Of a stretch of 64,000 bases of DNA, positions 53,185-62,120 are shown piece by piece. Position numbers and translations under genes: made by a program. Source of the stretch: a virus (taxonomy: Duplodnaviria; Caudoviricetes); IMG/VR virus record IMGVR_UViG_3300046475_000322, positions 4,643-68,642 of that record; one strand, written 5' to 3'. Position 1 is the first letter of the stretch. Each line of letters starts with the position of its first letter. Below the pieces are notes generated by a model that was given only the letters and a program-made list of their open reading frames with translations, had not been told where the DNA came from and did not search any database.

Positions 53185-54524
53185 GGGTAGAACCCCGTTC
53201 CTTCGAGCCGCTTCGCGGTGCGGCGGATGCTGTCCGCGACCATGTCCGGACGCAGCCGGACAGCCTCGGACACGAGGTCGCCGACGGGCACGCCGTGGGC
53301 GGCGAGGGCCTTGACGAGGTCAGCCGGCCCGGACGCCGCGGTGGCGATGACGGACAGAGGGTCCGGACTGTCCGGATGGGTGTCCGTGCTGGTGGCAGGC
53401 TCGGGTGTCGGAGCGGGCGCGGCCTGTCCGGATACGATGTCCGGCTCCGCGTCCGGCTGTCCGGACGTGTCCGGGGTGGTGTCCGCTTCCATGTCCGGTT
53501 GCCCGGACACGCTGTTCTCGGAGAGCAGCCCGAGGTACTCGGCCAGAGCACCGCGCAGCTCGAACCACTCGGTCTCGTCGACGCGCAGGTCCGCGAAGCG
53601 ACGGTGCAGCGAGCGCTCGTACTGCTGGTCGCCGTGCTCCACCCGGATCACGTCCTCGCGCCGCAGGGACAGGGAGGTGATCCGGCGGCGGAGACTCTGC
53701 GAGGTGCCGATCTTCAGGCGGGTCCCGTTGCGAAGGAAGTACACGACGGGGGCGTGCGCGCTACAGAAGAGAGACGCGACGTCCTCGACGACCTCGCCGT
53801 CCGATCCTGCGGGCGCAGTGGGAGGTTGCCGTTTGCGGGGCGGCTCAACAGGGGCGGCTGGCCGGGCCTCCTGAGCCACCTCGATCGTCTGCTCGGCGAC
53901 CCCGTCGAACGTGCTCGCCGACGGCCCCGGCGGAAGAGCGAGCGGGGTTCGACGGGCGAGCTCGGCCCGCTTCTGCATCCGCTCCAGGGTGATCTCGAAG
54001 TCGGCCTCGTCGCGGGCGAGGGTGGTCCGCGCCTGCGCTTTGATGCCTGCGATCTCGCCGTCAGCGCGGGCGTGGCGCAGGCGCGCCTTGTACTCGGAGT
54101 CGCGGATCACCGCGTCGATCTCGGCCTGCTGCTCCGGGGTGAGCGCGGCAGGGTCGCGGAGCGCGGCGAGGGCGAACAGCCAGACGAGCTTGCCGACCGC
54201 GACGACGAACGGCCCTGCGATCGCCTGTGCGGTGGCGTGCTCGGGAGCGGCTGCTCCGTGGATGGCGAGGAGGACACCGACGCCGATGGCGATGAGCCAG
54301 CCCGCGAGGACGGACGGCCAGCGGTGCCCGCCGATGGTGACGCCGTGTGCTTCGGCCCACAGGACGGTGACCCAGCCGATGTCTCCGGCGACGGCGACGG
54401 TGAGTCCGTAGGGGCCGGAGTCCATGAGGCCGGTGATGGAGTAGGCGGACCAGGCCAGGGAGAGCGCGGCGAGGGCGAGGGCGCCGTAGACGATGGGCGG
54501 CCGGTCCTTGAGTCGCTGCTTCAC
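53181..54524 (-). CDS. Spd-like membrane protein fused to GIY-YIG (T5orf172-type) domain
   Basis: GTG 54524; 4 TM, coiled coil, VVYFLRNGTRLKIGTS...ERSLHRRF..EWF, repeat linker. Confidence 0.7.
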   Translation of the reverse strand: MKQRLKDRPPIVYGALALAALSLAWSAYSITGLMDSGPYGLTVAVAGDIGWVTVLWAEAHGVTIGGHRWPSVLAGWLIAIGVGVLLAIHGAAAPEHATAQAIAGPFVVAVGKLVWLFALAALRDPAALTPEQQAEIDAVIRDSEYKARLRHARADGEIAGIKAQARTTLARDEADFEITLERMQKRAELARRTPLALPPGPSASTFDGVAEQTIEVAQEARPAAPVEPPRKRQPPTAPAGSDGEVVEDVASLFCSAHAPVVYFLRNGTRLKIGTSQSLRRRITSLSLRREDVIRVEHGDQQYERSLHRRFADLRVDETEWFELRGALAEYLGLLSENSVSGQPDMEADTTPDTSGQPDAEPDIVSGQAAPAPTPEPATSTDTHPDSPDPLSVIATAASGPADLVKALAAHGVPVGDLVSEAVRLRPDMVADSIRRTAKRLEGTGFYP

Positions 54525-54589
54525 GGTGGGTCTCCGGTGGAGATGGGGCCGCCCCCCTGTGAGGCGCAGGGAGGCGGCGGTCGTGGGTG

Positions 54590-55201
54590 CTAGGGCTTGC
54601 GGCGCTGAAGTGCGCGGTGGCACTCGATGCATTTCCGCCACGTGCGCCCATCAGCTCGTGTCTGGACCCGTGTGTTCTCGGGCGTGAACTCGTGGCCGTG
54701 GATGCAGTGCGTCTTGCGGGCGTTGATCGCTGTGATGGCGTTGCCGCGCATCGTGTTGTCTCGGTTAGTGGCGGGCTCCAGATGCGCAGGGTTCACGCAA
54801 CGCCGGTGCTGGCAACTGGGGCCTCCGGGGCAGGAGTCCGGCTTGTGACAGACATGGTCCAACTGCATGCCGTCCGGGATGGGACCCACGAGATGCTGGT
54901 AGACAGCGCGGTGTGGAAGGGCCCGAGGGTGGCCGCTGAGCAGAATCGCCCTGCCGTAGCCGTCGCGATCGAGGGGGCCGGTGTAGAGCCAGCATCCATT
55001 GGGCGCCTGCTCGATGGATGCGAGTGCCGCTTCGCCAGGGTTCTTCCAGCTAGGGCGCGGAGCGGGGGCCGCGAGGCGGTTTCGGAGCTGAGTTCTGTAG
55101 CAGTTCTCGCACCGCTGCCTCCGGACCTTGCCTCTGATCTGGCGACTGCACACTACGCACACCTTGCGCCGGGACTGAGTGGCCATTCGGATGCTTGGCA
55201 T
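54590..55201 (-). CDS. HNH homing endonuclease
   Basis: ATG 55201; GCWLYTG, HRAVY, QLDHVC, CVNPAHLE, THCIHGHEF. Confidence 0.9.
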   Translation of the reverse strand: MPSIRMATQSRRKVCVVCSRQIRGKVRRQRCENCYRTQLRNRLAAPAPRPSWKNPGEAALASIEQAPNGCWLYTGPLDRDGYGRAILLSGHPRALPHRAVYQHLVGPIPDGMQLDHVCHKPDSCPGGPSCQHRRCVNPAHLEPATNRDNTMRGNAITAINARKTHCIHGHEFTPENTRVQTRADGRTWRKCIECHRALQRRKP

Positions 55202-55389
55202 CAGCGGCCCCTTCGTTCGCGGCGGCCGGTCTCGCGGTCGCGGTCCTGGTCCTCCCACGTCTGGCCCTTGCGTGCGGCGCGTGCGGCGCCGCGGGTGCGG
55301 TGGCTGTCGCGCCGGCTGGTGCTCAGGTCGGCGGCGAGTTGGCGGTCGTCGCCGGGGGCGAGGCTGCGGAGGAAACTCCCGAAGCCCAT
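55201..55389 (-). CDS. Small basic hypothetical protein
   Basis: 62 aa; overlapping operon. Confidence 0.65.
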   Translation of the reverse strand: MGFGSFLRSLAPGDDRQLAADLSTSRRDSHRTRGAARAARKGQTWEDQDRDRETGRRERRGR

Positions 55390-55631
55390 CAGCGGACACC
55401 GGCCCGGGTGCGGAGCCGAGCCGCGTAGGCGCTGCGGGTGCCGGTGCAGTACGGCTCGACGGACAGGGCGCGGAGGGCGCTGTGGTGCGGCTCGTCCTGG
55501 TCGGTGAGCTCGGCGCAGAGGTCGAGCCGGGCGGCTTCGGTCATCGGCTCGTCGGGGTCGACGGCGGTGAGGCGGTCGGCGAGGAGGATGACGAGGGTGC
55601 GGAGGGCGTCGTCGAGGGGCTGCTCGCTCAC
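55389..55631 (-). CDS. Hypothetical protein (80 aa)
   Basis: Ends TRSAYAARLRTRAG. Confidence 0.65.
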   Translation of the reverse strand: MSEQPLDDALRTLVILLADRLTAVDPDEPMTEAARLDLCAELTDQDEPHHSALRALSVEPYCTGTRSAYAARLRTRAGVR

Positions 55632-55894
55632 AGTGCGGGCCCCGCGATCTCGCGCAGTCGGGCGGCGTACTCGGAGTGGGGGGTGTCCTCGGTGTCGGGG
55701 GCGGGGAGGAGCTGCGCCCAGTCGGTGGTGGCGCCGAGCCAGCGGGCGCGGCCCCGGACCTGGTGGATGTCGACGGGCCGGTTTGGCTCCAGGTCGAGGT
55801 GGTTGGCGAGGGTGTGGAGCAGGGCGTGGACGCTGACGCGGGGGTCGTGCGTCGCGGGGGTGGGCTGTTGGGGCTGCTGATCGGTACGCTCCAT
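55628..55894 (-). CDS. Hypothetical protein (88 aa)
   Basis: ATG 55894; ends HSEYAARLREIAG. Confidence 0.65.
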   Translation of the reverse strand: MERTDQQPQQPTPATHDPRVSVHALLHTLANHLDLEPNRPVDIHQVRGRARWLGATTDWAQLLPAPDTEDTPHSEYAARLREIAGPAL

Positions 55895-56007
55895 GGCGGA
55901 CCTGCTCCTTCGTCGTGGTTGTGGGTGGGTCCGCCCCCGGCTCATATGGCGTTCGCAGCGCCGGGCCGGGGGCTTTGTGCTTAGTAGCTCGGGCTACTTC
56001 CTGAGAC

Positions 56008-56025
56008 TGTACGGGACCCCGTACA
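56008..56025. promoter_or_regulatory. 18-bp palindromic operator overlapping a TACAAT -10
   Basis: tgtacggg-ac-cccgtaca. Confidence 0.65.
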
Positions 56026-56065
56026 ATCAGTGCAAGCGGCCCGCCCGAAGAATGTGAGGCCGGGT

Positions 56066-56362
56066 GTGACCGAGGAGGCTCAGCGCGTGATCGACGCCAT
56101 GAACGCCGTGGAGGCGATGACCGACCCGGAGCAACGAGCGAAGGCGATCGGCGAGGTGATGGCCGATCAGGCGAAGCGGGGCAAGCGGTGGCGGGAGATG
56201 CGCCGGCAGGTGGTGCTCGACATGCGGGCGCAGGTCCCGCCGGTCTCGTATCGGAAGATCGCTGCTGCGCTCGGGGTGGGGCTGGCTACGGTGCAGGACA
56301 TCGAGCGGGGCTACACCGGGTCGGGCAAGGACAGGCCGCGGGCGAAGCAGGCGGAGGGGTGA
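56066..56362 (+). CDS. HTH regulator
   Basis: VSYRKIAAALGVGLATVQDIERG; start GTG 56066 or 56030. Confidence 0.8.
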   Translation: MTEEAQRVIDAMNAVEAMTDPEQRAKAIGEVMADQAKRGKRWREMRRQVVLDMRAQVPPVSYRKIAAALGVGLATVQDIERGYTGSGKDRPRAKQAEG

Positions 56363-56805
56363 GTGGCGTGGATCTGGTGCAGTGGCTCCGGGAGCAGCTC
56401 GACGAGGACGAACGGATCGCTCGGGCCGTGCGCGTCCCTCACGACTGGCACCAGGGTCCCGGGGATGACCCGGAGTGGACGGACGCGGAGTTGGTCTGCA
56501 TGTGGCCGCCCGAGTTCCACACTCCCTACGAGCGGGACAAGCACTGGCGCGGCCTCACTGTGGAGGGGGCCGAGTTGGCCGAGCATATTGCTGCGCATGA
56601 TCCGGCCAGGGTGCTGCGCGAGATCGAAGCGAAGCGCCGCGTACTGCGCCAACACGAAGACGTCCGAGCACAGGTAAGGAACCCAGTGAGCGCGGAGAAC
56701 CGACGGGCGGCCCGCGTCGAGCAAGGCGCGCTGGAAGACGTGATGCGCCTGCTCGCCCTGCCCTACGCGGACCGCCCCGGGTACCGGCAGGAGTGGGCGC
56801 CGTGA
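56359..56805 (+). CDS. DUF6221-like protein
   Basis: DLVQWLREQLDEDERIA...HIAAHDPARVLREIEAKR...LALPYADRPGYRQEWAP. Confidence 0.8.
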   Translation: MSGVDLVQWLREQLDEDERIARAVRVPHDWHQGPGDDPEWTDAELVCMWPPEFHTPYERDKHWRGLTVEGAELAEHIAAHDPARVLREIEAKRRVLRQHEDVRAQVRNPVSAENRRAARVEQGALEDVMRLLALPYADRPGYRQEWAP

Positions 56806-56886
56806 GTGATACCGCCTGGGGCTGACACCCCACCCGTTGAGCCCTCGACCTGCGCGTCTGGTCGGGGGCTCTCTGCTGCCCGCTTT

Positions 56887-57135
56887 ATGATCACCGGCGT
56901 GGACCTCCCCGATGATCTGATCAACCTCGAACGTGCCGCCGAGCGGCAGCGGGCTGCGATGGCCGGGCTGACCGGCGACGAGGCCGACGCACAGCGGCAG
57001 GCATGGCGTGATGCGGCTGCGGCAGTGCAGGCCGCGATCACCGAGTACGCGACAGCCAAGCCGGCGAACCGGTACGAGGTCGGACAGGCCGTCAAGCGCG
57101 CGGCGCGGGGTGCGGAGCAGGACCCGGCCGAGTAG
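56887..57135 (+). CDS. Hypothetical protein (82 aa)
   Basis: ATG 56887; followed by hairpin at about 57153-57180. Confidence 0.65.
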   Translation: MITGVDLPDDLINLERAAERQRAAMAGLTGDEADAQRQAWRDAAAAVQAAITEYATAKPANRYEVGQAVKRAARGAEQDPAE

Positions 57136-57577
57136 CCGGCGGAAGCTGATCGGCCGGGCGTTGGGTACCCCGCCCGGCCGTCACGGGCCTTACGGCTACC
57201 GCATCCCGGGGACTGCTGCCGGGTGCACCACGATGCGGGAGAGCGGCAGCCCCATCCGGGACCTCTTGGGGCGGGGCCGCCGGAGTCTCAACGCCAGTGA
57301 TGGCCTTGCCAGGGGCCCGCCATCCAACCAGCGCCAGAGCAGCAGACGCGGCCCCGCACACTCAGGATGCCAGACATGCGAACGCCCGCCTCCACGGAGC
57401 GGGAAGGCGGGCGATCGTTGCGCGGAGTCTGCGGCCCATGGTCTCGCAGCTCGGGCGGCGCGCACCGCCTTCGGTTGCCCCTGTTGCCAGCAGCTTCCTA
57501 CACGGGCCCCGAGGACCTTCCCCCGCGTCCGGGGTCGGCGTGCGTGTCTTGCCGTAGGAGCCAGTATCGCCCGGCCG

Positions 57578-57745
57578 TCAAGCCGTGCGGGCCAGCCGCT
57601 CCCGAGCCTCCCGGGCCCGGCGCACGGTCGGGGCTTCGTTCCAGACGGGGCAGGACGGGGGCGGGGTGCTGCGCCACCAGGGGGCATGGGTTCGACCGCA
57701 GACGCAGGGCCACGGGGTGCTGGTCCAGTCGTGGAGGTCAGGCAC
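57578..57745 (-). CDS. Possible 55-aa protein
   Basis: Hand-translated MPDLHDWTSTPWPCVCGRTH...; GTG overlaps upstream stop. Confidence 0.5.
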   Translation of the reverse strand: MPDLHDWTSTPWPCVCGRTHAPWWRSTPPPSCPVWNEAPTVRRAREARERLARTA

Positions 57746-58064
57746 CGGGCTGCTCCTGGGTGTTGAGCCAGCGGTCGAGCTGGTCGCGGAGATACCGGAC
57801 TTGGGCGGGGTTGAGGATCACGGTCGGGTCGTCGCCGACCACGTCGATGGACAGCCGTAGCCAGGGCCAGCGTCGGCCGTCTTCGGGTTGGTCGTCGCGG
57901 CCGTCGCGGGTGATGTGGGACGGGATCACGGCGAGGGCGACCACTCCGCCGCGGGGGTGGTTGTCGGCGGGCAGGATGTGTGAGCCGCGGTAGATCCACG
58001 GCTGGCCGATCGTCTCGTCGTCGTCGAGGTCGCCGAGGCCTTCGATGCTGGCGTAGATACTCAC
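57738..58064 (-). CDS. Hypothetical protein (108 aa)
   Basis: GTG 58064 MSIYASIEG. Confidence 0.7.
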   Translation of the reverse strand: MSIYASIEGLGDLDDDETIGQPWIYRGSHILPADNHPRGGVVALAVIPSHITRDGRDDQPEDGRRWPWLRLSIDVVGDDPTVILNPAQVRYLRDQLDRWLNTQEQPGA

Positions 58065-58453
58065 GGCTGCTCCTGTCCGTCGAGGGCGCGGATCGTTGCG
58101 CACGGGTATGTCCAGAGTCCGCAGACGGCGCAGTCGGGTGGGTTGCCGGCCTCGGCTGCGGCGACGACTCCGACGGGGTGGTGGAGGGCGTGGACGCGGG
58201 CGATGGCGGCTTCGGCGCGGGCGAGCTGCTTGGCCCTGGCAATGAGCGTCTCGTTGAGTTCGGCGAGGACTTCCTCGTACCGGGTGAGGTCAGCCTGGAG
58301 TTCTTCGACGCGTCCGGCGTAGGAGCCGGCGGCAACATCGGCGGATTCGGCTTCGGCGTAGCGGGCGGCTTCGGCTTGGGCGTGGGCGAGGTCGGCGTAC
58401 AGCTGGTCGAGTTGGTCGCTGGTCATGTCGTCGAGGGGGATGTGGTCGGTCAT
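58061..58453 (-). CDS. Coiled-coil protein with C-terminal CxxC/PC motif
   Basis: LDDMTSDQLDQLYA...CAVC..YPCATIRAL. Confidence 0.7.
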   Translation of the reverse strand: MTDHIPLDDMTSDQLDQLYADLAHAQAEAARYAEAESADVAAGSYAGRVEELQADLTRYEEVLAELNETLIARAKQLARAEAAIARVHALHHPVGVVAAAEAGNPPDCAVCGLWTYPCATIRALDGQEQP

Positions 58454-58656
58454 CGCTGCTCGCCTCCGATCGTCACGAGCCGGGAGGGCTCGCTGTCTTC
58501 GAGCAGTGCCAGGGCGTGGAGGAGCAGGGCCCGGCAGATGGCGCGCTCACGCGGGTCGGTGAGGGCCTCGCGGTCGATGAGCGCGTGGGTGCGGAGGTCG
58601 TTGTCGCGGGTGCTGCGGTAGACGATGTGGGGTCCGGGGTCGTGGGTGTCGGTCAT
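58450..58656 (-). CDS. Hypothetical protein (68 aa)
   Basis: Overlapping operon. Confidence 0.65.
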   Translation of the reverse strand: MTDTHDPGPHIVYRSTRDNDLRTHALIDREALTDPRERAICRALLLHALALLEDSEPSRLVTIGGEQR

Positions 58657-58784
58657 GGCTTCCTCCGTGCGGTGCGGCGTGCGAGGGCGCGTGCGGTGTG
58701 TCGGATGGTGGTGAGGGCGCAGTAGGCGAACGGGGCGACGATGACGGTGACGGCGGCGACCCAGCCCCAGTCGACGCGGCTCAC
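58653..58784 (-). CDS. Small membrane peptide (43 aa)
   Basis: GTG 58784; one TM plus basic tail. Confidence 0.55.
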   Translation of the reverse strand: MSRVDWGWVAAVTVIVAPFAYCALTTIRHTARALARRTARRKP

Positions 58785-59188
58785 GCGGTGAACCTGCGGG
58801 TCTCGATCCCGGCCTGTTCGGCGAGGGCTGCGGTGTGGGAGGCGCCTCGGCTGCCGTTGCGGATGAACGCGAGGCAGACGTCGGCGCCCTTGTCGACCAT
58901 GGCCTTGTTGCGGATCGGCCCGGCGGCGTTGCCGTGGACGTGCCAGGCCGCAGGGTGCGGTTCCTCGGTGACGCGCTCGAAGTCGTCCGTGCAGGCCGGG
59001 GTGAAGGTCGTGAGCGCCCACGCCTTGGCCATGATGTCGGCGCCGGTCGGGCAGTCCCCGTGGACGACGACCAGGGGCTGATCGTTCGGGAGGATGGCGA
59101 GAACTTCGGCGAGGGCGCGGCGGACGACGCCGATGCCCTGCCAGTCGCGGCTTCCGGTGACGAGGATCCGGTACGGGTGGTCGGTCAC
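58781..59188 (-). CDS. DUF2493/YspA-like SLOG protein
   Basis: RILVTGSRDW, VVHGDCPTGAD, AGPIRNKAM, SRGASHT. Confidence 0.88.
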   Translation of the reverse strand: MTDHPYRILVTGSRDWQGIGVVRRALAEVLAILPNDQPLVVVHGDCPTGADIMAKAWALTTFTPACTDDFERVTEEPHPAAWHVHGNAAGPIRNKAMVDKGADVCLAFIRNGSRGASHTAALAEQAGIETRRFTA

Positions 59189-59273
59189 GGCTGCTCCTTG
59201 GGGTCTGTGTGGGCGTGTGCGGGGTTGTGGCGGTCCGGGTGGGGCTCGGGTGGTCCGAGCCCCTGCCGTCGTC

Positions 59274-59543
59274 TCAGGCGGCCTTGCGTGGCGCCGGATT
59301 GGTGGAGTGGGCGCCTGCGGCCCGTTCCGGGGGCGGGAGCGAGCGAGGGGCCTCCGCCGGGGGTTCGGGCCGTAGACGGGCGTCCAGGGCCCGCCGTGCC
59401 CGTCGTATCGCCCACGCTCCGGTGAGGATCGCCGCGTACAGGCAGACCGTTGCGACGAACGCGGTGGCCACGATCCAGGCGAGGATCGCGTCGAGGATCA
59501 CGCCCGCGGTGTCGATCACCTCGACGAGCAGCAGCGCGCTCAC
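59274..59543 (-). CDS. Small membrane protein
   Basis: Long hydrophobic N-terminal half. Confidence 0.6.
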   Translation of the reverse strand: MSALLLVEVIDTAGVILDAILAWIVATAFVATVCLYAAILTGAWAIRRARRALDARLRPEPPAEAPRSLPPPERAAGAHSTNPAPRKAA

Positions 59544-60610
59544 GACGGAGACCCGTCGGGCTGGGCTACGGCGGCGGGCAGCTCGGCTTGCGGGCAGTTG
59601 GGGTCGTGGTCCGGCGGGTACAGCTCCATCGCTGACTGCTGGAGGACGGCGCGCGTGCGCTCGTCGTGGATGCAGCGGGGGCAGCGCGGCATCCGGAGCG
59701 CCTGTGTCTCGGGCTGCTGCGCCTCGTGGGCGGCGATGCTGGCCCGGATCGACGCGCAGACGGCGGCGACGTCGGGTGTGAGGTCGTGCGGCATCTGGCA
59801 GTGCGGGCAGCGGGGGCGGGCGGGCTGTTGTGTCTCACCAACAGGCTCGTCGCAGGCGCAGCGCTCCCCGTACAACACGACCGGGCACTGCCGTGCCGGG
59901 TGCACAGCGTGGCCGCAGCCGTCGCACGTCGCCTGTGTCTCGTCGGCTGCGCCACCCGGGCCGGACACGGGCACGGCATCGGCCAGGCGGCGCAGCAGCG
60001 GCACGATCTCGCAGTGGCAGCCGTCCCCCCACTCCGGCTCGACGCATCCGTGATCGGGGCAGTGCTCGATCAGCTGGTCGACGAGGTCGACGAGCGCGCC
60101 CCTGTCGGTGGGCGTGGGCAGCACGGCCATTACCGCGTCGTGGATGGCGTCCTGCGGGCGCTGGTTGCCGAGGCCGGTCTGCCAGCGGGTGAAGACGCCG
60201 TCGATGGCTGCGGCGATGCGGTCGCGGAGCGCGGTCTGGTCGGTGGGCGCGGGGAGCAGCGTGGCGTCGTAGGCAGCCACGAGTTCCTCGGGCGTGGCGT
60301 AGCCGAGGCCCTGACAGTAGGCGAAGTCGAGGGCGTCCAGGAGTTGCTCGCGGACGCTGCCGTCGGTGGGCGCGGGCGCCGGGACCGGGACGGCGGACGC
60401 CGGCTCGACAACGACCGTGGTGGTGCGCCTCGTAAGGCGGTGCTCGAACTGCGGCATCTTGTCCAGCCGGATAGCGAGCCGCCGCTGCGCCTCGTCGGGG
60501 TCGGTCATGAAGCTGCTGCTGCCCTCCCAGGTGTCGTCGGGCTGGCGGGTCTGGAGGAAGTACTCCACGGTCTGACGCCGGTCGGCCTGTGGGTTGGTGG
60601 TGTCGGTCAT
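59540..60610 (-). CDS. Mosaic hypothetical protein with several small Cys/His modules
   Basis: ATG 60610; CDGCGH, CPHCQMPH, CPRC motifs separated by Pro-rich linkers. Confidence 0.65.
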   Translation of the reverse strand: MTDTTNPQADRRQTVEYFLQTRQPDDTWEGSSSFMTDPDEAQRRLAIRLDKMPQFEHRLTRRTTTVVVEPASAVPVPAPAPTDGSVREQLLDALDFAYCQGLGYATPEELVAAYDATLLPAPTDQTALRDRIAAAIDGVFTRWQTGLGNQRPQDAIHDAVMAVLPTPTDRGALVDLVDQLIEHCPDHGCVEPEWGDGCHCEIVPLLRRLADAVPVSGPGGAADETQATCDGCGHAVHPARQCPVVLYGERCACDEPVGETQQPARPRCPHCQMPHDLTPDVAAVCASIRASIAAHEAQQPETQALRMPRCPRCIHDERTRAVLQQSAMELYPPDHDPNCPQAELPAAVAQPDGSPS

Positions 60611-60689
60611 GCGGACTCCAAGGTGGGGGCTGTGGTGGGATGGGCGGGCCGGGGGCCGCGGATACGAGCCGCGGCGGCCGTGCACGTGG

Positions 60690-61010
60690 TCACGGGGTGG
60701 GGCGCGGGCGGACCTTGCCGGCAAGGTCGACCGGGTGCGCGTGCCGGGTGCCGCTGAACTCGCAGGCGGTCACCGGGTCGTTGCCGCAGTCGACGACGAC
60801 CTCGGCGTACTGGAGGGTGATCCGGTCCTGGTAGTCGCCGTGGAATGCGGCGGCGATCCACAGGCCCTCGTGGCTGGTGTCGGCCCGGAGTTCGACGCTG
60901 TCGCCGATGGCGAGGTCGCGGAGGCACTCGCCGTTGTCGAGCTGGATGCTCTCGCTGCGGATGGTGATCGAGCCGATGCTGGCCTCGGCGTGGGGCGTGG
61001 GCTGGGTCAT
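60690..61010 (-). CDS. Hypothetical protein (106 aa)
   Basis: ORF track. Confidence 0.6.
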   Translation of the reverse strand: MTQPTPHAEASIGSITIRSESIQLDNGECLRDLAIGDSVELRADTSHEGLWIAAAFHGDYQDRITLQYAEVVVDCGNDPVTACEFSGTRHAHPVDLAGKVRPRPTP

Positions 61011-61092
61011 GGTCGTCTCCGTGTTGGTCGGCGGGTCTGGGTGCGTGCGGGGTCTGTCGGGTGTCCCGTGTCCAGGTAGCCGCGGCAGACGG

Positions 61093-61464
61093 TCAGAGCG
61101 CGTCGGTGATGGCCTGCTTCAGGCCCGCGTGGAGCCGGAGCCGGTCGGCTTCGGGCATGTCGGGGTGGATCGCCAGGTGGATTCGGACGAAGGGGCCGTC
61201 GGGGTTGTCGAGGTCGATGACGTGCTCGGTGGGCTCCAGCCCGTCGGCGCCGAGGTTGACGGCCCATCGGGACACGTTCGCGGCGCTGTCGAGGAGGCCG
61301 GTCATCTCGTCGCACGCCTCGTCGATCTGATCGAGGTCGAGCTCGGTGCCCCACTGGCGCTGGACGCTCGGGCGGATCCTGTCGTCGGCGTTGCGGGCTG
61401 CTCCGGCGTGGAGGTGGGCGGCGAGGGTGCGGAGGTCGGTGTCGGTGTACGGGCGGTCAGTCAT
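61093..61464 (-). CDS. Hypothetical protein (123 aa)
   Basis: MTDRPYTDTDLR; natural composition. Confidence 0.7.
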   Translation of the reverse strand: MTDRPYTDTDLRTLAAHLHAGAARNADDRIRPSVQRQWGTELDLDQIDEACDEMTGLLDSAANVSRWAVNLGADGLEPTEHVIDLDNPDGPFVRIHLAIHPDMPEADRLRLHAGLKQAITDAL

Positions 61465-61506
61465 GGGGTGTGCCTTTCGTCGTGTCGGGTGATGGGGTGC
61501 AGGCGG

Positions 61507-61833
61507 TCAGACGGTGGGTGGCGGGCCGGGGTGCGTGCGCTGGTAGGCCTCGACTGCGGTGTGGCCGTTGACGGTCAGGCCGGGCGCCAGTCGTCGGGCC
61601 AGGGCGAGCGCGTCGTCGACGTCGGCGAACCGGTAGGCGAGCCACTGCGCGGGCTGCCAGGTGTCCTCCCCGGCGTAGAAGGCGTGGCCGTCGGAGACGA
61701 CCCAGCCGTCGCGCATCAGCTCGACGAAGAGCGTGAAGTACCGGCGGTTGATGTCGTCGGCGGGGATGACGGACACGGTGTAGCGGGTGATCGCGACGAG
61801 GACTTCGGGCTCGCCGGGCTTCGGGTCAGTCAT
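61507..61833 (-). CDS. Hypothetical protein (108 aa)
   Basis: ATG 61833 with AAAGG RBS. Confidence 0.7.
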   Translation of the reverse strand: MTDPKPGEPEVLVAITRYTVSVIPADDINRRYFTLFVELMRDGWVVSDGHAFYAGEDTWQPAQWLAYRFADVDDALALARRLAPGLTVNGHTAVEAYQRTHPGPPPTV

Positions 61834-61864
61834 GGTGTGGCCTTTCTGGTGTGGGTGCGGGCGG

Positions 61865-62017
61865 TCAGGTGGCGTCGTACTCGCGGGGGGTGACGGTGAT
61901 GGTGGGCGTCCAGGCGGCGAGGGCGTCCTCGATGCGGTCGCGGATCTCGTCAATCTCGTCGGGGGTGGTGAGGTCGCTGATGTCGACGGTGATCTCGGCG
62001 GCGTGGCGGTTAGTCAT
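61865..62017 (-). CDS. Small acidic protein (50 aa)
   Basis: Hand-translated MTNRHAAEITVDISD...; below cutoff. Confidence 0.55.
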   Translation of the reverse strand: MTNRHAAEITVDISDLTTPDEIDEIRDRIEDALAAWTPTITVTPREYDAT

Positions 62018-62120
62018 GGTGTGACCTGCGTCTTTCGGTGTGTTGGGGTGGGTGGGTGGTGGGGGGTGGCGGGACGGGGGTCAGGCAGCGGGGTCGGGCG
62101 CGGGTCAACGGGCGGCGAGG

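Noticed and set aside
57136-57577. About 440 bp apparently non-coding gap, possible ncRNA
   Set aside because: Only a terminator-like hairpin (about 57153-57180) is evident; no recognisable RNA family
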